Assembly: GCA_964601935.1 (NCBI GenBank)
Contig: CAZROP010000002.1
Coordinates: 7,299 to 71,298, forward strand
Origin: an uncultured Candidatus Saccharibacteria bacterium
GTDB lineage: Bacteria > Patescibacteriota > Minisyncoccia > Phycocordibacterales > UBA1006
DNA: 64,000 nt
Direction of reading: 5' to 3'
The translations under genes were made by a program, and so were the position numbers. Every line of letters begins with the position of its first letter. The stretch's first letter is position 1. Positions 48,591 through 61,527 of this stretch are shown one piece after another. Below the pieces are notes generated by a model, which worked only from the letters and a program-made list of their open reading frames with translations, was not told where the DNA came from and did not search any database.

Positions 48591-48883
48591 AAATAATTAT
48601 ATTCTATGCAATGTTTGATGCTACTCCCGTGGCATAGATTTGTCAAAACAATTATGTGTACTGACACAATACACAGGGCGACAAGCGATTCCGATCTAGG
48701 TACGTCGATACCTACACAGTCTTTTTTGTATTTTTAGAAGCTTTACAAAATCTGGCTACACTTCAAACGGTTTCCGACTTTTGGAGGTCATAAGTCGGGC
48801 CTGATATAGATTGCTTGAAACCAGATTTTCAAATTGCCTTTTGGGTATTTTTGGGTATAATCCAGGTATATTGTGAATTTCGT

Positions 48884-48960
48884 GCAGCTGTAGCTCAGAT
48901 GGTTAGAGCGCGTCACTGATAATGACGAGGTCCCAGGTTCGATTCCTGGCAGCTGCACCA
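48884..48960 (+). tRNA. tRNA-Ile(GAT)
   Basis: GCAGCTG/CAGCTGC acceptor stem, CGTCA-CTGATAA-TGACG anticodon arm, encoded CCA. Confidence 0.95.
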
Positions 48961-48970
48961 AGGTCGTAAT

Positions 48971-49801
48971 ATGGATGAGCACACTGCACTACATGCCAGT
49001 CAGGAGGTACATCATGAGCATACGCTGTATGCTGAGACACTTTTTAATATAGGCGGGTTCCCTGTCACGAATTCAATTCTGACAAGCTGGATTGCAGCCC
49101 TGGTTATTATCATTATAGGTACCGCTATTCGTGTCCGCATTACTACTATTCCTGGTAAACTCCAGGGTGCATTCGAGGTGTTGATAGAAAGTTTCCTGGG
49201 TCTGTGTGATCAGGTTACCGGCAATAGGCAGACATCAGAAAAGGCATTACCCATAGCTCTGGCACTGTTTATATTTGTGCTTGTTAATAATTGGCTTGGC
49301 ATCGTGCCTGGTGTGGGGTCAATCAGTATTGCGACTGACCATGGTATGGTCTCACTGTTGCGTGGGGCAACGGCAGATTTGAATGCTACATTAGCATTGG
49401 GAATTTTTTCGGTTGTAGTAGCGAATGTGATCGGTATTGCAACGGTTGGGGTGTGGGGTACTGCAACAAAGTTCATTGCTGTTCACGAATTAGTTAATAT
49501 AAAAAATGTCTTCAAAGATCCTACACAGTTAATACAGATCCCCGTGAAGATATTCGTAGGATTACTGGAGCTACTAGGGGAGTGCGCAAAAATAGCATCC
49601 TTATCATTTCGTTTATTCGGAAATGTATTTGCAGGCGAGGTGTTGCTGGCATCAATGTCGGCACTCATTGCGTATGGTGTTCCGCTACCATTTTTATTCC
49701 TGGAATTTTTTGTCGGAATTATCCAGGCGTTCATTATATCTCTATTGACAGTGGTATACATTACTCTGGCAAGTATTAATCACAACGAAGGTCATCATTA
49801 G
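48971..49801 (+). CDS. atpB: ATP synthase subunit a
   Basis: SLSFRLFGNVFAGE, IIQAFI. Confidence 0.94.
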   Translation: MDEHTALHASQEVHHEHTLYAETLFNIGGFPVTNSILTSWIAALVIIIIGTAIRVRITTIPGKLQGAFEVLIESFLGLCDQVTGNRQTSEKALPIALALFIFVLVNNWLGIVPGVGSISIATDHGMVSLLRGATADLNATLALGIFSVVVANVIGIATVGVWGTATKFIAVHELVNIKNVFKDPTQLIQIPVKIFVGLLELLGECAKIASLSFRLFGNVFAGEVLLASMSALIAYGVPLPFLFLEFFVGIIQAFIISLLTVVYITLASINHNEGHH

Positions 49802-49843
49802 ACAGTATTGTTCTCGTTATCAGTCACCCTGGTCACGAGATAG

Positions 49844-50116
<273 letters not shown>

Positions 50117-50133
50117 CTTTGTATAGTCATTAT

Positions 50134-50628
50134 ATGCAAGAAATCCTGAGCCTCTTTCATGTTGATGCACAGCTGCTGATAGCACAGCTGATCAATTTTG
50201 CTGTGCTCATGGTTTTGATCGTATATGTTGTGGTTCGCCCGTTGCGTAAGGTGTTGGATGATCGCGAGGCCACTATTCGCGAAGGTATCGATAACGCTAT
50301 CCATGCTGAAACAAAATTAGCTCAGGCAGTATCAGAAGCTGGTGGTATTATTACAGAGGCAGAGCGTGATGCACATTCTATTCGTGTACAAGCTCATAAT
50401 AAAGCCATCGAAATGCGTGATATTCTAACAGCAGAAATGCATCGAGAACATGATCGTATGCGTTCTGACTTCGAATCAGAATTAACTGCTCGCCGAGTAG
50501 GGGATCTGCAAACATTCCAGAATGATTCTACTAATTTAGTAATAAACTCAGTACAGAAGATTTTGAACACTACATTTTCCGACCCTGATTTTTCTGCGCG
50601 GTATATATCCGAAATCACCAAACACTAG
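50134..50628 (+). CDS. atpF: ATP synthase subunit b
   Basis: AQLINFAVL...PLRKVLDDR...I. Confidence 0.88.
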   Translation: MQEILSLFHVDAQLLIAQLINFAVLMVLIVYVVVRPLRKVLDDREATIREGIDNAIHAETKLAQAVSEAGGIITEAERDAHSIRVQAHNKAIEMRDILTAEMHREHDRMRSDFESELTARRVGDLQTFQNDSTNLVINSVQKILNTTFSDPDFSARYISEITKH

Positions 50629-50631
50629 TAT

Positions 50632-51027
50632 ATGATAGCGTCCCATCGAAATGTTACGAATGCTGCGTTGTATTTGCTGGAATCAGGCATGTCTGTATCG
50701 GCTGTCGCATCCGCTGTCAGTGATTTGCTGGCAAGGTCTCGATTGCAGGCAATCTTCCCTGGTGTAATCACAGAGCTCGATCGTAGGCTAGTACAGTCTC
50801 GTGAACAGGAGAAAGTCAAATTACTAGTTGCGCGACCTTCAGATGCAGAGGATAGACTGGTTGCTCGCATGGCAGAATATATCGCAGGATCTTCTACTGT
50901 AGAATATAGTGTGAGCATTGATCCTGATCTTGTTGGGGGTTTCGTCGCTCGACATAAAAGCACATGCCATGACTATTCGATAAGGAATTCCTTGGTCCAG
51001 TTGGAGCATCATTATAAATCAAACTAG
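50632..51027 (+). CDS. atpH: ATP synthase subunit delta (short)
   Basis: IDPDLVGGF...DYSI; operon position. Confidence 0.8.
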   Translation: MIASHRNVTNAALYLLESGMSVSAVASAVSDLLARSRLQAIFPGVITELDRRLVQSREQEKVKLLVARPSDAEDRLVARMAEYIAGSSTVEYSVSIDPDLVGGFVARHKSTCHDYSIRNSLVQLEHHYKSN

Positions 51028-51038
51028 CAACAATATTT

Positions 51039-52547
51039 ATGAACAGAATTACAAAACAAGTCGAAGAACTTTCGCAGGCTCTCAAGTCATTCAGCGTATT
51101 ACCTTCGGTATTTGAAGAAGGGGTTGTAGTTTCAGTGAGCGATGGAGTTGTTAGAGTTTCAGGGTTACGCAATTGTAAAATGTCAGAGCGATTAAATATC
51201 GTGACGCGTACTGGGGAGTTAGTTGCTGCATTAGCATTGAATCTAGAGCATGACACTATCGGCGCAGTAATACTGGGCGCGAGTATGCGCGTGCGGGAGG
51301 GCGACAGTGTATTAGCGACGGGCGAAGTGCTGTCAGTCCCCGTAGGGATTAATATGTTGGGGCGTGTTGTTGATGGGTTGATGACTCCGATTGATGGAAA
51401 AGGTTCAGTTCAAAACGAGAAACGCTATCCTATAGAACGCATTGCTCCAGGGGTGATGGCGCGCCAGAGTGTTAATCAACCGCTGCAAACGGGTATAAAA
51501 GTTATTGATGCATTAGTGCCGATTGGACGTGGTCAGCGCGAATTGATTATTGGTGATCGACAGACAGGAAAAACAGTATTAGCTATTGATACTATCATCA
51601 ATCAGCGATCCACGGGGGTGAAATGTATTTATGTGGCAATAGGTCAAAAACAATCAAAGGTGATGCGCGTAGTACAAGATTTAGAAGCTGCGGGCGCGAT
51701 GAAATATACTACCGTTGTTTTGGCGAGTGCATCGGATTCTGCCAGTTTGCAGTATCTTGCACCCTATGCTGGCGTGACTCTTGCAGAATACTTTATGGAT
51801 CAGGGTGACGATGTATTAGTCGTATACGATGACTTGTCAAAACATGCAAACGCGTATCGTGAAATGTCGTTGTTGTTACGCCGTCCACCGGGACGCGAAG
51901 CATATCCCGGAGATGTCTTTTATCTACACTCTCGTTTGCTCGAACGTGCATGTCGGCGTAATGTTCAGCATGGTGGCGGATCCATTACTGCCTTGCCGAT
52001 CATAGAAACACAGGCGGGTGATATTTCTGCGTATATTCCGACCAATGTAATTTCTATTACTGATGGTCAGATATTTTTGGAGTCCAACCTGTTTAACAAG
52101 GGTGTTCGCCCGGCGATCAACCCAGGTTTATCGGTATCGCGTGTCGGTGGTAGCGCTCAGATAAAGTCTATGAAAAAAGTAGCGGGTCCATTGAAGTTAG
52201 GTTTGGCCCAGTATAGAGAGCTGGAATCGTTTTCCCAATTCGATTCTGACCTCGATTCAGAAACCAAAAAGACGATCGAACGTGGCAAGAGATTGAGCGA
52301 ACTCATGAAGCAGGGCATAGGTCAGCCAATGCGCACGGGGCATCAGGTAATAGTTTTGTATGCAGGATCAAAGGGGTACTTTGATGGCACAGCATTACCT
52401 GGTGTTGCTGAATCTGCAACTAGTTTGATCGAATATGTCACGACAGGAGAATCTGATCTTGTTGATACTTTAGAGGCTGAATGGAGTGACGAGGTGGAGA
52501 GCGCACTCAAAAACGTACTGGAACGCTGGTCGCAGGGTTTGCAGTAA
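51039..52547 (+). CDS. atpA: ATP synthase subunit alpha
   Basis: [31 protein letters not shown]. Confidence 0.98.
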   Translation: MNRITKQVEELSQALKSFSVLPSVFEEGVVVSVSDGVVRVSGLRNCKMSERLNIVTRTGELVAALALNLEHDTIGAVILGASMRVREGDSVLATGEVLSVPVGINMLGRVVDGLMTPIDGKGSVQNEKRYPIERIAPGVMARQSVNQPLQTGIKVIDALVPIGRGQRELIIGDRQTGKTVLAIDTIINQRSTGVKCIYVAIGQKQSKVMRVVQDLEAAGAMKYTTVVLASASDSASLQYLAPYAGVTLAEYFMDQGDDVLVVYDDLSKHANAYREMSLLLRRPPGREAYPGDVFYLHSRLLERACRRNVQHGGGSITALPIIETQAGDISAYIPTNVISITDGQIFLESNLFNKGVRPAINPGLSVSRVGGSAQIKSMKKVAGPLKLGLAQYRELESFSQFDSDLDSETKKTIERGKRLSELMKQGIGQPMRTGHQVIVLYAGSKGYFDGTALPGVAESATSLIEYVTTGESDLVDTLEAEWSDEVESALKNVLERWSQGLQ

Positions 52548-52553
52548 AGATGT

Positions 52554-54810
<2,257 letters not shown>

Positions 54811-54820
54811 TACATTACCT

Positions 54821-55225
54821 ATGAAGAAAATTCATTGCACTATTATTACTCCGGAACGCGTGGTCTATGATGCCGAAGTGGATCAGGTCAGTGTGACAAC
54901 AGCGCAAGGACAGATTACATTATTGCCCGATCACGAATCGCTGATGTCGGTAATTATACCGGGAGACATCACGGTGTGGCACAATGGTACCGCTATCGGG
55001 TTTGTAGTGGGTCAGGGGACATTGGAAATACACAATAACGTATTGCGTATTTTGGCGAACACCACTGAATCCCATGATGATATTGATATAGTGCGTGCAG
55101 AGGCAGCCCTGGAACGTGCACGCCAGGCAATGGAGGAAAAGGCAGGTGTATACGACGAGGAGTATGCTCGGCTAGAGGCGATAATTGCTCGTAATCTCGC
55201 GCGAATCAAGATAAAACGGAAGTAG
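54821..55225 (+). CDS. atpC: ATP synthase subunit epsilon
   Basis: IITPER, GQITLLPDH, DIDIVRAEAA.ERA. Confidence 0.9.
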   Translation: MKKIHCTIITPERVVYDAEVDQVSVTTAQGQITLLPDHESLMSVIIPGDITVWHNGTAIGFVVGQGTLEIHNNVLRILANTTESHDDIDIVRAEAALERARQAMEEKAGVYDEEYARLEAIIARNLARIKIKRK

Positions 55226-55300
55226 GAGTTAGTCAATAGATTGTATACTGTTTTTGATGTATAGTAGGGAAAAATATTTTCTTACAAAAACATCCTGTAT

Positions 55301-55654
55301 ATGAAAGGTATAAGCCGTGCTGCCATGGTCGTAGCGATAAGGCATTGCTTGCAAAGGATTTCTCTGGTGAATCCTACTGCGGATATCGTAGTAAAAACTA
55401 TGAATCACAGCGAGATCCACCTGTATCAGCCACGAGATGATCGCCGATCTGTTACTATTGGCTTGCCTGACAATGAGCACTCGTATTGGACCTTGCATAG
55501 GAAGCCGACCGATGGCGAGCCCTATAAATTATCAGATCCTCACGAGCTGGATGACCTAGAAAATAGAACCATTTTGAGCGACGAGGAGGTCGAGCGCGTG
55601 TTTGTCTTCTTGGAAGAATCAGGGTTCTTGTTCTGTGAGATTGATCTTCCGTAG
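55301..55654 (+). CDS. Hypothetical protein
   Basis: 117-aa ORF with a -10-like element upstream and a hairpin downstream. Confidence 0.5.
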   Translation: MKGISRAAMVVAIRHCLQRISLVNPTADIVVKTMNHSEIHLYQPRDDRRSVTIGLPDNEHSYWTLHRKPTDGEPYKLSDPHELDDLENRTILSDEEVERVFVFLEESGFLFCEIDLP

Positions 55655-55784
55655 GGGTAGATGGCCTAGGCAGAGAATAATTAAATAGTCGCCGGAATTG
55701 CAATGCGAAGCATGTGCAGTTCTGGCGTTTTTCTGTTAAAAAGCAGCTCGAAAAGTGCTTAATTATCAGTATAATAAACTCTAT

Positions 55785-56345
55785 ATGTCACTTGATACCA
55801 AACACAATCTTGCTTTTATCGATGTAGAAACAACAGGATTCGACCCCTATACTCAGGAGGTGATTGAAATAGGGTGTATCATTATGAGTCGTGACGACAA
55901 GGATCCGACAAAACTGACACTGGTAGAAGAAATCGACATGAAGGTTCAGATGGAACATCCCGAAACAGCGGACGAGGGTGCATTACGCGTAAACGGCTAT
56001 GATCCATCCGCATGGATATTCGCCTATACACAACAGCAGGCATTCGAGCTATTAGCACAAAAAACAAAAGGCTGTGTATTCGTGGCACATAATGTTGCGT
56101 TTGACTGGAACTTTGTAGATACATCATTTCGTCGTCTGGGCATAGAACATAATTTTGAACGTAATAAAATTGATACATTGTCGATTGCATATGCAAAATT
56201 TTCAGGTATGAACACAGACATACGTCATTTATCGCTGCGCGCATTGTGTGAGCATTTCGGTGTCAAAAACGAGGCGGCACATAGTGCATTGCCCGACGTG
56301 CGGGCAACTATAGAGGTATACAAGAAACTCATGGCGATGAGATAG
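55785..56345 (+). CDS. DEDDh 3'-5' exonuclease (DnaQ-like)
   Basis: FIDVETTG, AHNVAFD, IDTL, HSALPDV. Confidence 0.9.
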   Translation: MSLDTKHNLAFIDVETTGFDPYTQEVIEIGCIIMSRDDKDPTKLTLVEEIDMKVQMEHPETADEGALRVNGYDPSAWIFAYTQQQAFELLAQKTKGCVFVAHNVAFDWNFVDTSFRRLGIEHNFERNKIDTLSIAYAKFSGMNTDIRHLSLRALCEHFGVKNEAAHSALPDVRATIEVYKKLMAMR

Positions 56346-56353
56346 TTATAGTT

Positions 56354-57214
56354 ATGAAAATCGCAACATTCAACGTAAGAGATTTGAAAGAAGATTCATG
56401 CTTGTTAGAAAGGCTGACTCAGCTCAGAGAAATTATTTCAGTAGCAGAGGCCGATATTGTTTGCCTTCAAGAGATAGGTAGTGCCGATCTCCTGAAGCAG
56501 ATCACTCCTGACTATGAGTATCAATTTATCGGAGCAGCAGATATGCGAGGTATTGCCAGTGCCATGGTCTCCAAGGTTCCACTAGAGTTTAGTAATATTC
56601 CTTTTGATCTACAACTTTCTGGCTATGTAACACAGGAGGCTTTGGGTGAGTTAACGAAATATCCAGGAAGATCGTGTGTCCAAGGCGTCACAACATATAA
56701 AGGCAGGCCTCTTACTGTACTAGGAGTTCACTTGAAAAGTAGCGGGCCTATGTCAGTGCGTGACAGCAATGGTGTTAAGCTTGAAAGTAATTCGCATTTA
56801 CGAGTGGCACAGGGGCGTTTTAGAACAGGGATACAAAAATTGGCACAGGCGTACTTTCTGCGTGCATATGCTGATAGAATATTCCAGGCACACGGCAGCG
56901 AAGCACAACTGGTTATCGCAGGTGATTTCAACGATTATGAGTTTTCGTTATTGCATCATATTATTCAGGGTGATGCTAAATATTTTGGCGGGCCAGGCTT
57001 ATTATCTTCTACGGTCAGCATGATTTCTGAGGAGTCACGGTTTACTCATATAAAGGATACTGGTGCAAAGAGGTTTATTGACGGAGTACTACTATCTGAA
57101 TCACTCAAAAATAGTGTTATATCTGTGGCTGTAGAAAACAGCCATTTAGTTTTTGATATAAAATGGTCTGAGTTGGTGAGTGATCACGCATTATTATCAG
57201 TAACACTTGCGTAG
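56354..57214 (+). CDS. Endonuclease/exonuclease/phosphatase family protein
   Basis: IATFNV, CLQEI, VHLKS, AGDFND, SDH. Confidence 0.88.
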   Translation: MKIATFNVRDLKEDSCLLERLTQLREIISVAEADIVCLQEIGSADLLKQITPDYEYQFIGAADMRGIASAMVSKVPLEFSNIPFDLQLSGYVTQEALGELTKYPGRSCVQGVTTYKGRPLTVLGVHLKSSGPMSVRDSNGVKLESNSHLRVAQGRFRTGIQKLAQAYFLRAYADRIFQAHGSEAQLVIAGDFNDYEFSLLHHIIQGDAKYFGGPGLLSSTVSMISEESRFTHIKDTGAKRFIDGVLLSESLKNSVISVAVENSHLVFDIKWSELVSDHALLSVTLA

Positions 57215-57259
57215 GCTGATCTCTATAGAGTTTTGTATTAATTCTGCTACACTGTTTGC

Positions 57260-58480
57260 ATGCAGCATGAAATAGGTAAGAAAACTGTATTCGTAGGCCT
57301 ATCGGGTGGGGTGGATTCTGCTGTTTCTGCGTACCTATTGCAGCAGGAGGGGTATGATGTACATGGAATATTTATTCAGACATGGACACCTGAATGGATG
57401 GAATGTGGATGGCGCGAAGATAGGCGTGATGCAATGCGGGTTGCTATACACCTGAATATTCCTTTCCACGATCTAGACCTTAGTCGTGAATACAAAGAGG
57501 GTGTTGCTGATTATATGATTGCAGAGTATCGTGTAGGACGTACACCGAACCCAGATGTTATGTGTAATCGCGAAGTGAAGTTTGGCGGCTTTTTACAATA
57601 TGCATTATCGTGTGGTGCAGACTATATAGCAACAGGTCATTATGCTCGTGTCGGGCTTCTCCCCCTAGAAAAGGGGGAGACCGAGAGGGGGTTTGAAAAG
57701 GTTGCACTAGCATCAGATGGTATATTAGATTCAAAGGTTTCAAACCCCTCCTTAATCCTCCCTTTTTCTAGGAGAGGAGACCTGCATCTCCTAAGAGGCA
57801 TTGACTCATCCAAAGACCAATCCTATTTCCTCTGGACACTTACAACAGAGCAGTTGAAGCATATACTGTTTCCAGTTGGTTGCTTACCAAAATCAGAAAC
57901 CCGCAGTATTGCCGAAAGGGCAAAGTTACCAGTTGCGACTAAAAAAGATTCACAAGGAATTTGTTTTCTTGGTGCGGTTGATATGGAAGAGTTTCTTTCT
58001 CATTATATAAAGCACAAAATTGGAGACGTATTAGATACTACGGGAAACAAGATTGGGATACACACAGGTGTCTGGTTTGTTACGCTGGGTCAGCGGTTTG
58101 CTGGTGATATTGTTGATTCACGTTATCGTGGCGTACCGCTGTATATCGTAGCAAAAGACGTCGACACTAATTCTATAATTGTTGCCGACACTCCTAATCC
58201 AGACAGAGGTATGGGTAGTAAACATAAAACATATACTACAAAAACAGGTGGAAGCACCAAGCTAGTGAATTGTGTCATTCGTAATTCCGAATTCAAAACA
58301 GGGTACGTCTGCACGGCTCAAATTCGTTATCATGGAGAACTTTTAAAATGTTCAGTCGTTAGTATTGATGGGGATGAAATTTTATTAGACTGGTTTACTC
58401 CGCCAGTGATTGTTGCACCCGGCCAGTCAGTGGTGCTCTATGACGGCGATATTTGTATAGGTGGAGGCATCGTTGTGTAG
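57260..58480 (+). CDS. mnmA: tRNA-specific 2-thiouridylase MnmA, carrying an in-frame insertion
   Basis: SGGVDS, TPNPDVMCN, ATGHYAR, KDQSYFL, DSQGICF, APGQ. Confidence 0.96.
   Translation: MQHEIGKKTVFVGLSGGVDSAVSAYLLQQEGYDVHGIFIQTWTPEWMECGWREDRRDAMRVAIHLNIPFHDLDLSREYKEGVADYMIAEYRVGRTPNPDVMCNREVKFGGFLQYALSCGADYIATGHYARVGLLPLEKGETERGFEKVALASDGILDSKVSNPSLILPFSRRGDLHLLRGIDSSKDQSYFLWTLTTEQLKHILFPVGCLPKSETRSIAERAKLPVATKKDSQGICFLGAVDMEEFLSHYIKHKIGDVLDTTGNKIGIHTGVWFVTLGQRFAGDIVDSRYRGVPLYIVAKDVDTNSIIVADTPNPDRGMGSKHKTYTTKTGGSTKLVNCVIRNSEFKTGYVCTAQIRYHGELLKCSVVSIDGDEILLDWFTPPVIVAPGQSVVLYDGDICIGGGIVV
57656..57780. repeat. Palindromic element inserted in frame in mnmA
   Basis: Two imperfect inverted arms of about 43 bp (...CCTAGAAAAGGGGG...GGGGTTTGAAA / TTTCAAACCCCTCC...TTTTCTAGG...). 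Confidence 0.8.
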
Positions 58481-58576
58481 CACGGCTTGTCATTAGTCCG
58501 TCTGTATAGTAGTATCTCAATGAGATCGAGGTCGTGCAGAAACCGTATCTACTTAATAACTTTTTAAGTATATTAT

Positions 58577-59581
58577 ATGGAAACAACACAGCCAAAAGAG
58601 CAAATAACAGTTAATACATTACTACTACAAACCGATTGGGAATATGGAGTAGTGTTGTTCTATCGATATGTTCGTATAGAAAACCCAGAGGAATTTCGTG
58701 ATATCCTACGAAGTAAGTGCGAAGAGTTAGGTATTACCGGCCGATTTATTGTTGCAGAAGAAGGTATCAACGGTATAGGCGAAACTGACTGCGCGCGCAT
58801 CTACGAATTTTGTCAGTGGATGATGTCAGACCCTTCGAGAACCTCAGGAGAAACTTCTCGGTTCGCAGATATTCACTGGAAGTTCTCGCGTAGTAACGGG
58901 GATTCATTCCCTCGGTTATCCGTAAAAGCACGCAAAGAAATAGTGTCTCTCCATTTAGGTGATGAAGACTTTGATCCTAACCAGGTGACAGGCAAACGGC
59001 TAACACCTGAAGAGCTACATGAATGGTATACTAAGGGCAAGGAGTTTACCATTGTTGATATGCGTAATAATTATGAGCATGAAATCGGACATTTTGTCGG
59101 GTCAGTACTGCCGCCGTTGAATAATTTCCGAGATCTTCGACAGACCTGTGATTCACTGCAAGAATTGGATAACCCAGAGAAGCCCATCCTAACAGTATGC
59201 ACGGGTGGTGTGCGCTGTGAAAAGGCAAGCGGGTATTTAGTCAAAAAGGGTTTCCAGAACGTGTATCAACTAGATGGTGGCATGGTGTCCTATATGGAAA
59301 AGTTCCCAGGACAGAATTTCCGCGGAGGAATGTACACGTTTGACGGTCGTCGAGTAATTGATTGGGATGGTGGAACACATGAGGTTATTGGTAAGTGTGA
59401 ACATTGTTCTAATCTTTGTGAGCGATTGGTAGATTGTTTGAATCCGCTCTGTAACCGCCAGTATATCGCCTGCGAGGGTTGTAGTCCTGATAGACATGAT
59501 ACATTCTGCTCTGACGATTGCCGTACCCATGGCCCAGCCAAGAAAAAGACTGGCGCATCTGCGAAGAATAGTAGAGTATAA
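58577..59581 (+). CDS. trhO: Rhodanese-domain tRNA uridine(34) hydroxylase TrhO (YceA family)
   Basis: GRFIVAEEGING, DMRNNYE..IGHF, CTGGVRCEK, QLDGG. Confidence 0.85.
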   Translation: METTQPKEQITVNTLLLQTDWEYGVVLFYRYVRIENPEEFRDILRSKCEELGITGRFIVAEEGINGIGETDCARIYEFCQWMMSDPSRTSGETSRFADIHWKFSRSNGDSFPRLSVKARKEIVSLHLGDEDFDPNQVTGKRLTPEELHEWYTKGKEFTIVDMRNNYEHEIGHFVGSVLPPLNNFRDLRQTCDSLQELDNPEKPILTVCTGGVRCEKASGYLVKKGFQNVYQLDGGMVSYMEKFPGQNFRGGMYTFDGRRVIDWDGGTHEVIGKCEHCSNLCERLVDCLNPLCNRQYIACEGCSPDRHDTFCSDDCRTHGPAKKKTGASAKNSRV

Positions 59582-59589
59582 TAATTTAT

Positions 59590-60243
59590 ATGAATTCTTT
59601 GGAATGGCGACAGAATCAATGGAGTCATATACGTCAGATTCTGCGCGCACACTTTCCGAATCGCAAGTCAGAATTGAATTATAATACCCCGTGGGAGTTA
59701 TTGGTTGCGGTTATACTGTCTGCGCAGTGTACGGATGACCAAGTGAACAGGGTCACAGAAAAGCTATTCAAAAAGTATCCAACATTCCAGGATTATCTTA
59801 ATGCAGATGTGTATGAATTCGAGAGGGGTATTTATAGTACAGGATTCTTCCGGGCAAAGACACGGCATGTGTTGGGTAGTGCCGCCAAAATCGCTCGCGA
59901 CTTTGGCGGCGAGGTTCCCAGCACTATGGAGCAGTTACTGACACTGCCTGGTGTGGCGCGCAAAACCGCTAATGTGATTCTACAAAATGTCTTTAACGTA
60001 ATGGATGGAATTGCGGTCGATACGCATGTGCGACGTTTTGCCCTGCGTTTTGGGTTGACGGAATCCCAGAATCCCGAGAAAATAGAGCAGGATTTGATGC
60101 AGGTAATGGCTCGGGACGAATGGATGGTGGGTGCCTACTGGATCAAGGAGCATGGGCGCAAACACGGGAAATCAGCAAAAACGGGCTATACACCAGAAAA
60201 AGACCCTCTGTTGGGGCAGTTTGTAATCGATAGAGCTGTTTAG
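59590..60243 (+). CDS. nth: Endonuclease III family DNA glycosylase
   Basis: LLVAVILSAQCTD, HhH motif LPGVARKTAN, AVDTHV; Fe-S cysteines absent. Confidence 0.88.
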   Translation: MNSLEWRQNQWSHIRQILRAHFPNRKSELNYNTPWELLVAVILSAQCTDDQVNRVTEKLFKKYPTFQDYLNADVYEFERGIYSTGFFRAKTRHVLGSAAKIARDFGGEVPSTMEQLLTLPGVARKTANVILQNVFNVMDGIAVDTHVRRFALRFGLTESQNPEKIEQDLMQVMARDEWMVGAYWIKEHGRKHGKSAKTGYTPEKDPLLGQFVIDRAV

Positions 60244-60269
60244 CCTAGTCCTTGATGTCAACTTTTCTA

Positions 60270-60303
60270 CCTCACCTCGACCCTTGCTCACGCGGGAGAG
60301 GGT
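60270..60303. repeat. Degenerate single arm of the BoxC-like element
   Basis: CCTCACCTCGACCCTTGCTCACGCGGGAGAGGGT resembles the reverse complement of the 5394 left arm. Confidence 0.5.
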
Positions 60304-60352
60304 GTAAGAAAGAGCTTGCAAAATTACAAAAAATACGTAGTATGAGGGGCAT

Positions 60353-60562
60353 ATGGTAGTACGCATGCGCCACACTAGTGGTCACACAGCCAATCGTCGC
60401 AGTCATCACGCTCTTAAACAGCTTCCCCTGGTAAAAACAGAAGCTGGCACTATTCGCCGTTCACACCACATGGATCCAGTTACTGGGATGTACCGTGGTC
60501 GTGTCGTTATCGATATGGCTGCACGTGCTTTGAAGGCCCAGCAAAAACAAGCTGAAAAATAA
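60353..60562 (+). CDS. rpmF: 50S ribosomal protein L32
   Basis: MVVRMRHT...NRRSHHAL...GMYRGR.VI. Confidence 0.88.
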   Translation: MVVRMRHTSGHTANRRSHHALKQLPLVKTEAGTIRRSHHMDPVTGMYRGRVVIDMAARALKAQQKQAEK

Positions 60563-60618
60563 ACCTCGAGAAGTTTTCCACTTCTCTTTGCAGCTGTAAA
60601 ATTCCATACTAGGTATAT

Positions 60619-61518
60619 ATGTCATCACGATCCGCTGCTCGACCAGTTATAGTGTCGGTACTGTACGCCTTGGGACAAAACAAGGCATATTCTGATAACG
60701 TAGAAGATGCTCTTTCGTATGTAATATCCGAATTCGGTGAGCCAGGATTAGATACAGGCTTTGTCCATACTATTGTAGATGGAGTATTGAAAAAGCAGTC
60801 AATTCTCGATGAAATTATCGCTAAGGCTGCGCCTCGCTGGACCCATGATATGAACATGATGGACAAGGCAATTTTGCGGGCGTCAATCTATGAGCTGCTA
60901 TTCGAGTCAGCACAAACTCCTGCAAAGGTGGTAATTAGTCAGGCTGTTGCACTGGCTGACCAATATGCATCGCCCGAGAATCGACGATTTGTGAATGGTG
61001 TTCTAGGGTCTGTTTATCGAGAAATAGAAAACTCGTCTCTAGATGCTGGAGGAGCTACTACAGCATCTGTGGATGAGCCTGGCGTTACTAATGAATACAA
61101 GGTTGCTGCAGCGGTATTCTCTCGTCATGATGATAGTATCATGATCGCATTAGTACATGATATGTGGGGTTACTGGACGTTTCCAAAAGGCTCTGTTGTT
61201 GCTGGGATGACTCAGACAGAATCATGTGCATTCAAAGTTGAGGAAGAAATCGGGGTTCCTATAACGGTTGTTGAAGAAGTAGGCACTAACACCTACACTG
61301 CCCAGCATCCAGTAAAGGGTACTGTTGCCAAAAATGTTACCTATTTCGTTGCTGTGACGCAGTACGCACCGTTAACACTGACAACGAGTGGGGGACTGGA
61401 TGATGTACGCTGGTTCCCTATTGGGAAGATAGAAAAACTGCACATGTACGACGACATTACCCAGATGGTTATAAAGGCGTTACCTATTGCAATGAATTAT
61501 CCCTTTGAAACAAAATAA
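60619..61518 (+). CDS. nusB: NusB fused to a NUDIX-fold domain
   Basis: DKAILR.SIYEL...FVNGVLG, followed by WTFPKG...EEEIG. Confidence 0.85.
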   Translation: MSSRSAARPVIVSVLYALGQNKAYSDNVEDALSYVISEFGEPGLDTGFVHTIVDGVLKKQSILDEIIAKAAPRWTHDMNMMDKAILRASIYELLFESAQTPAKVVISQAVALADQYASPENRRFVNGVLGSVYREIENSSLDAGGATTASVDEPGVTNEYKVAAAVFSRHDDSIMIALVHDMWGYWTFPKGSVVAGMTQTESCAFKVEEEIGVPITVVEEVGTNTYTAQHPVKGTVAKNVTYFVAVTQYAPLTLTTSGGLDDVRWFPIGKIEKLHMYDDITQMVIKALPIAMNYPFETK

Positions 61519-61527
61519 TATACTACT

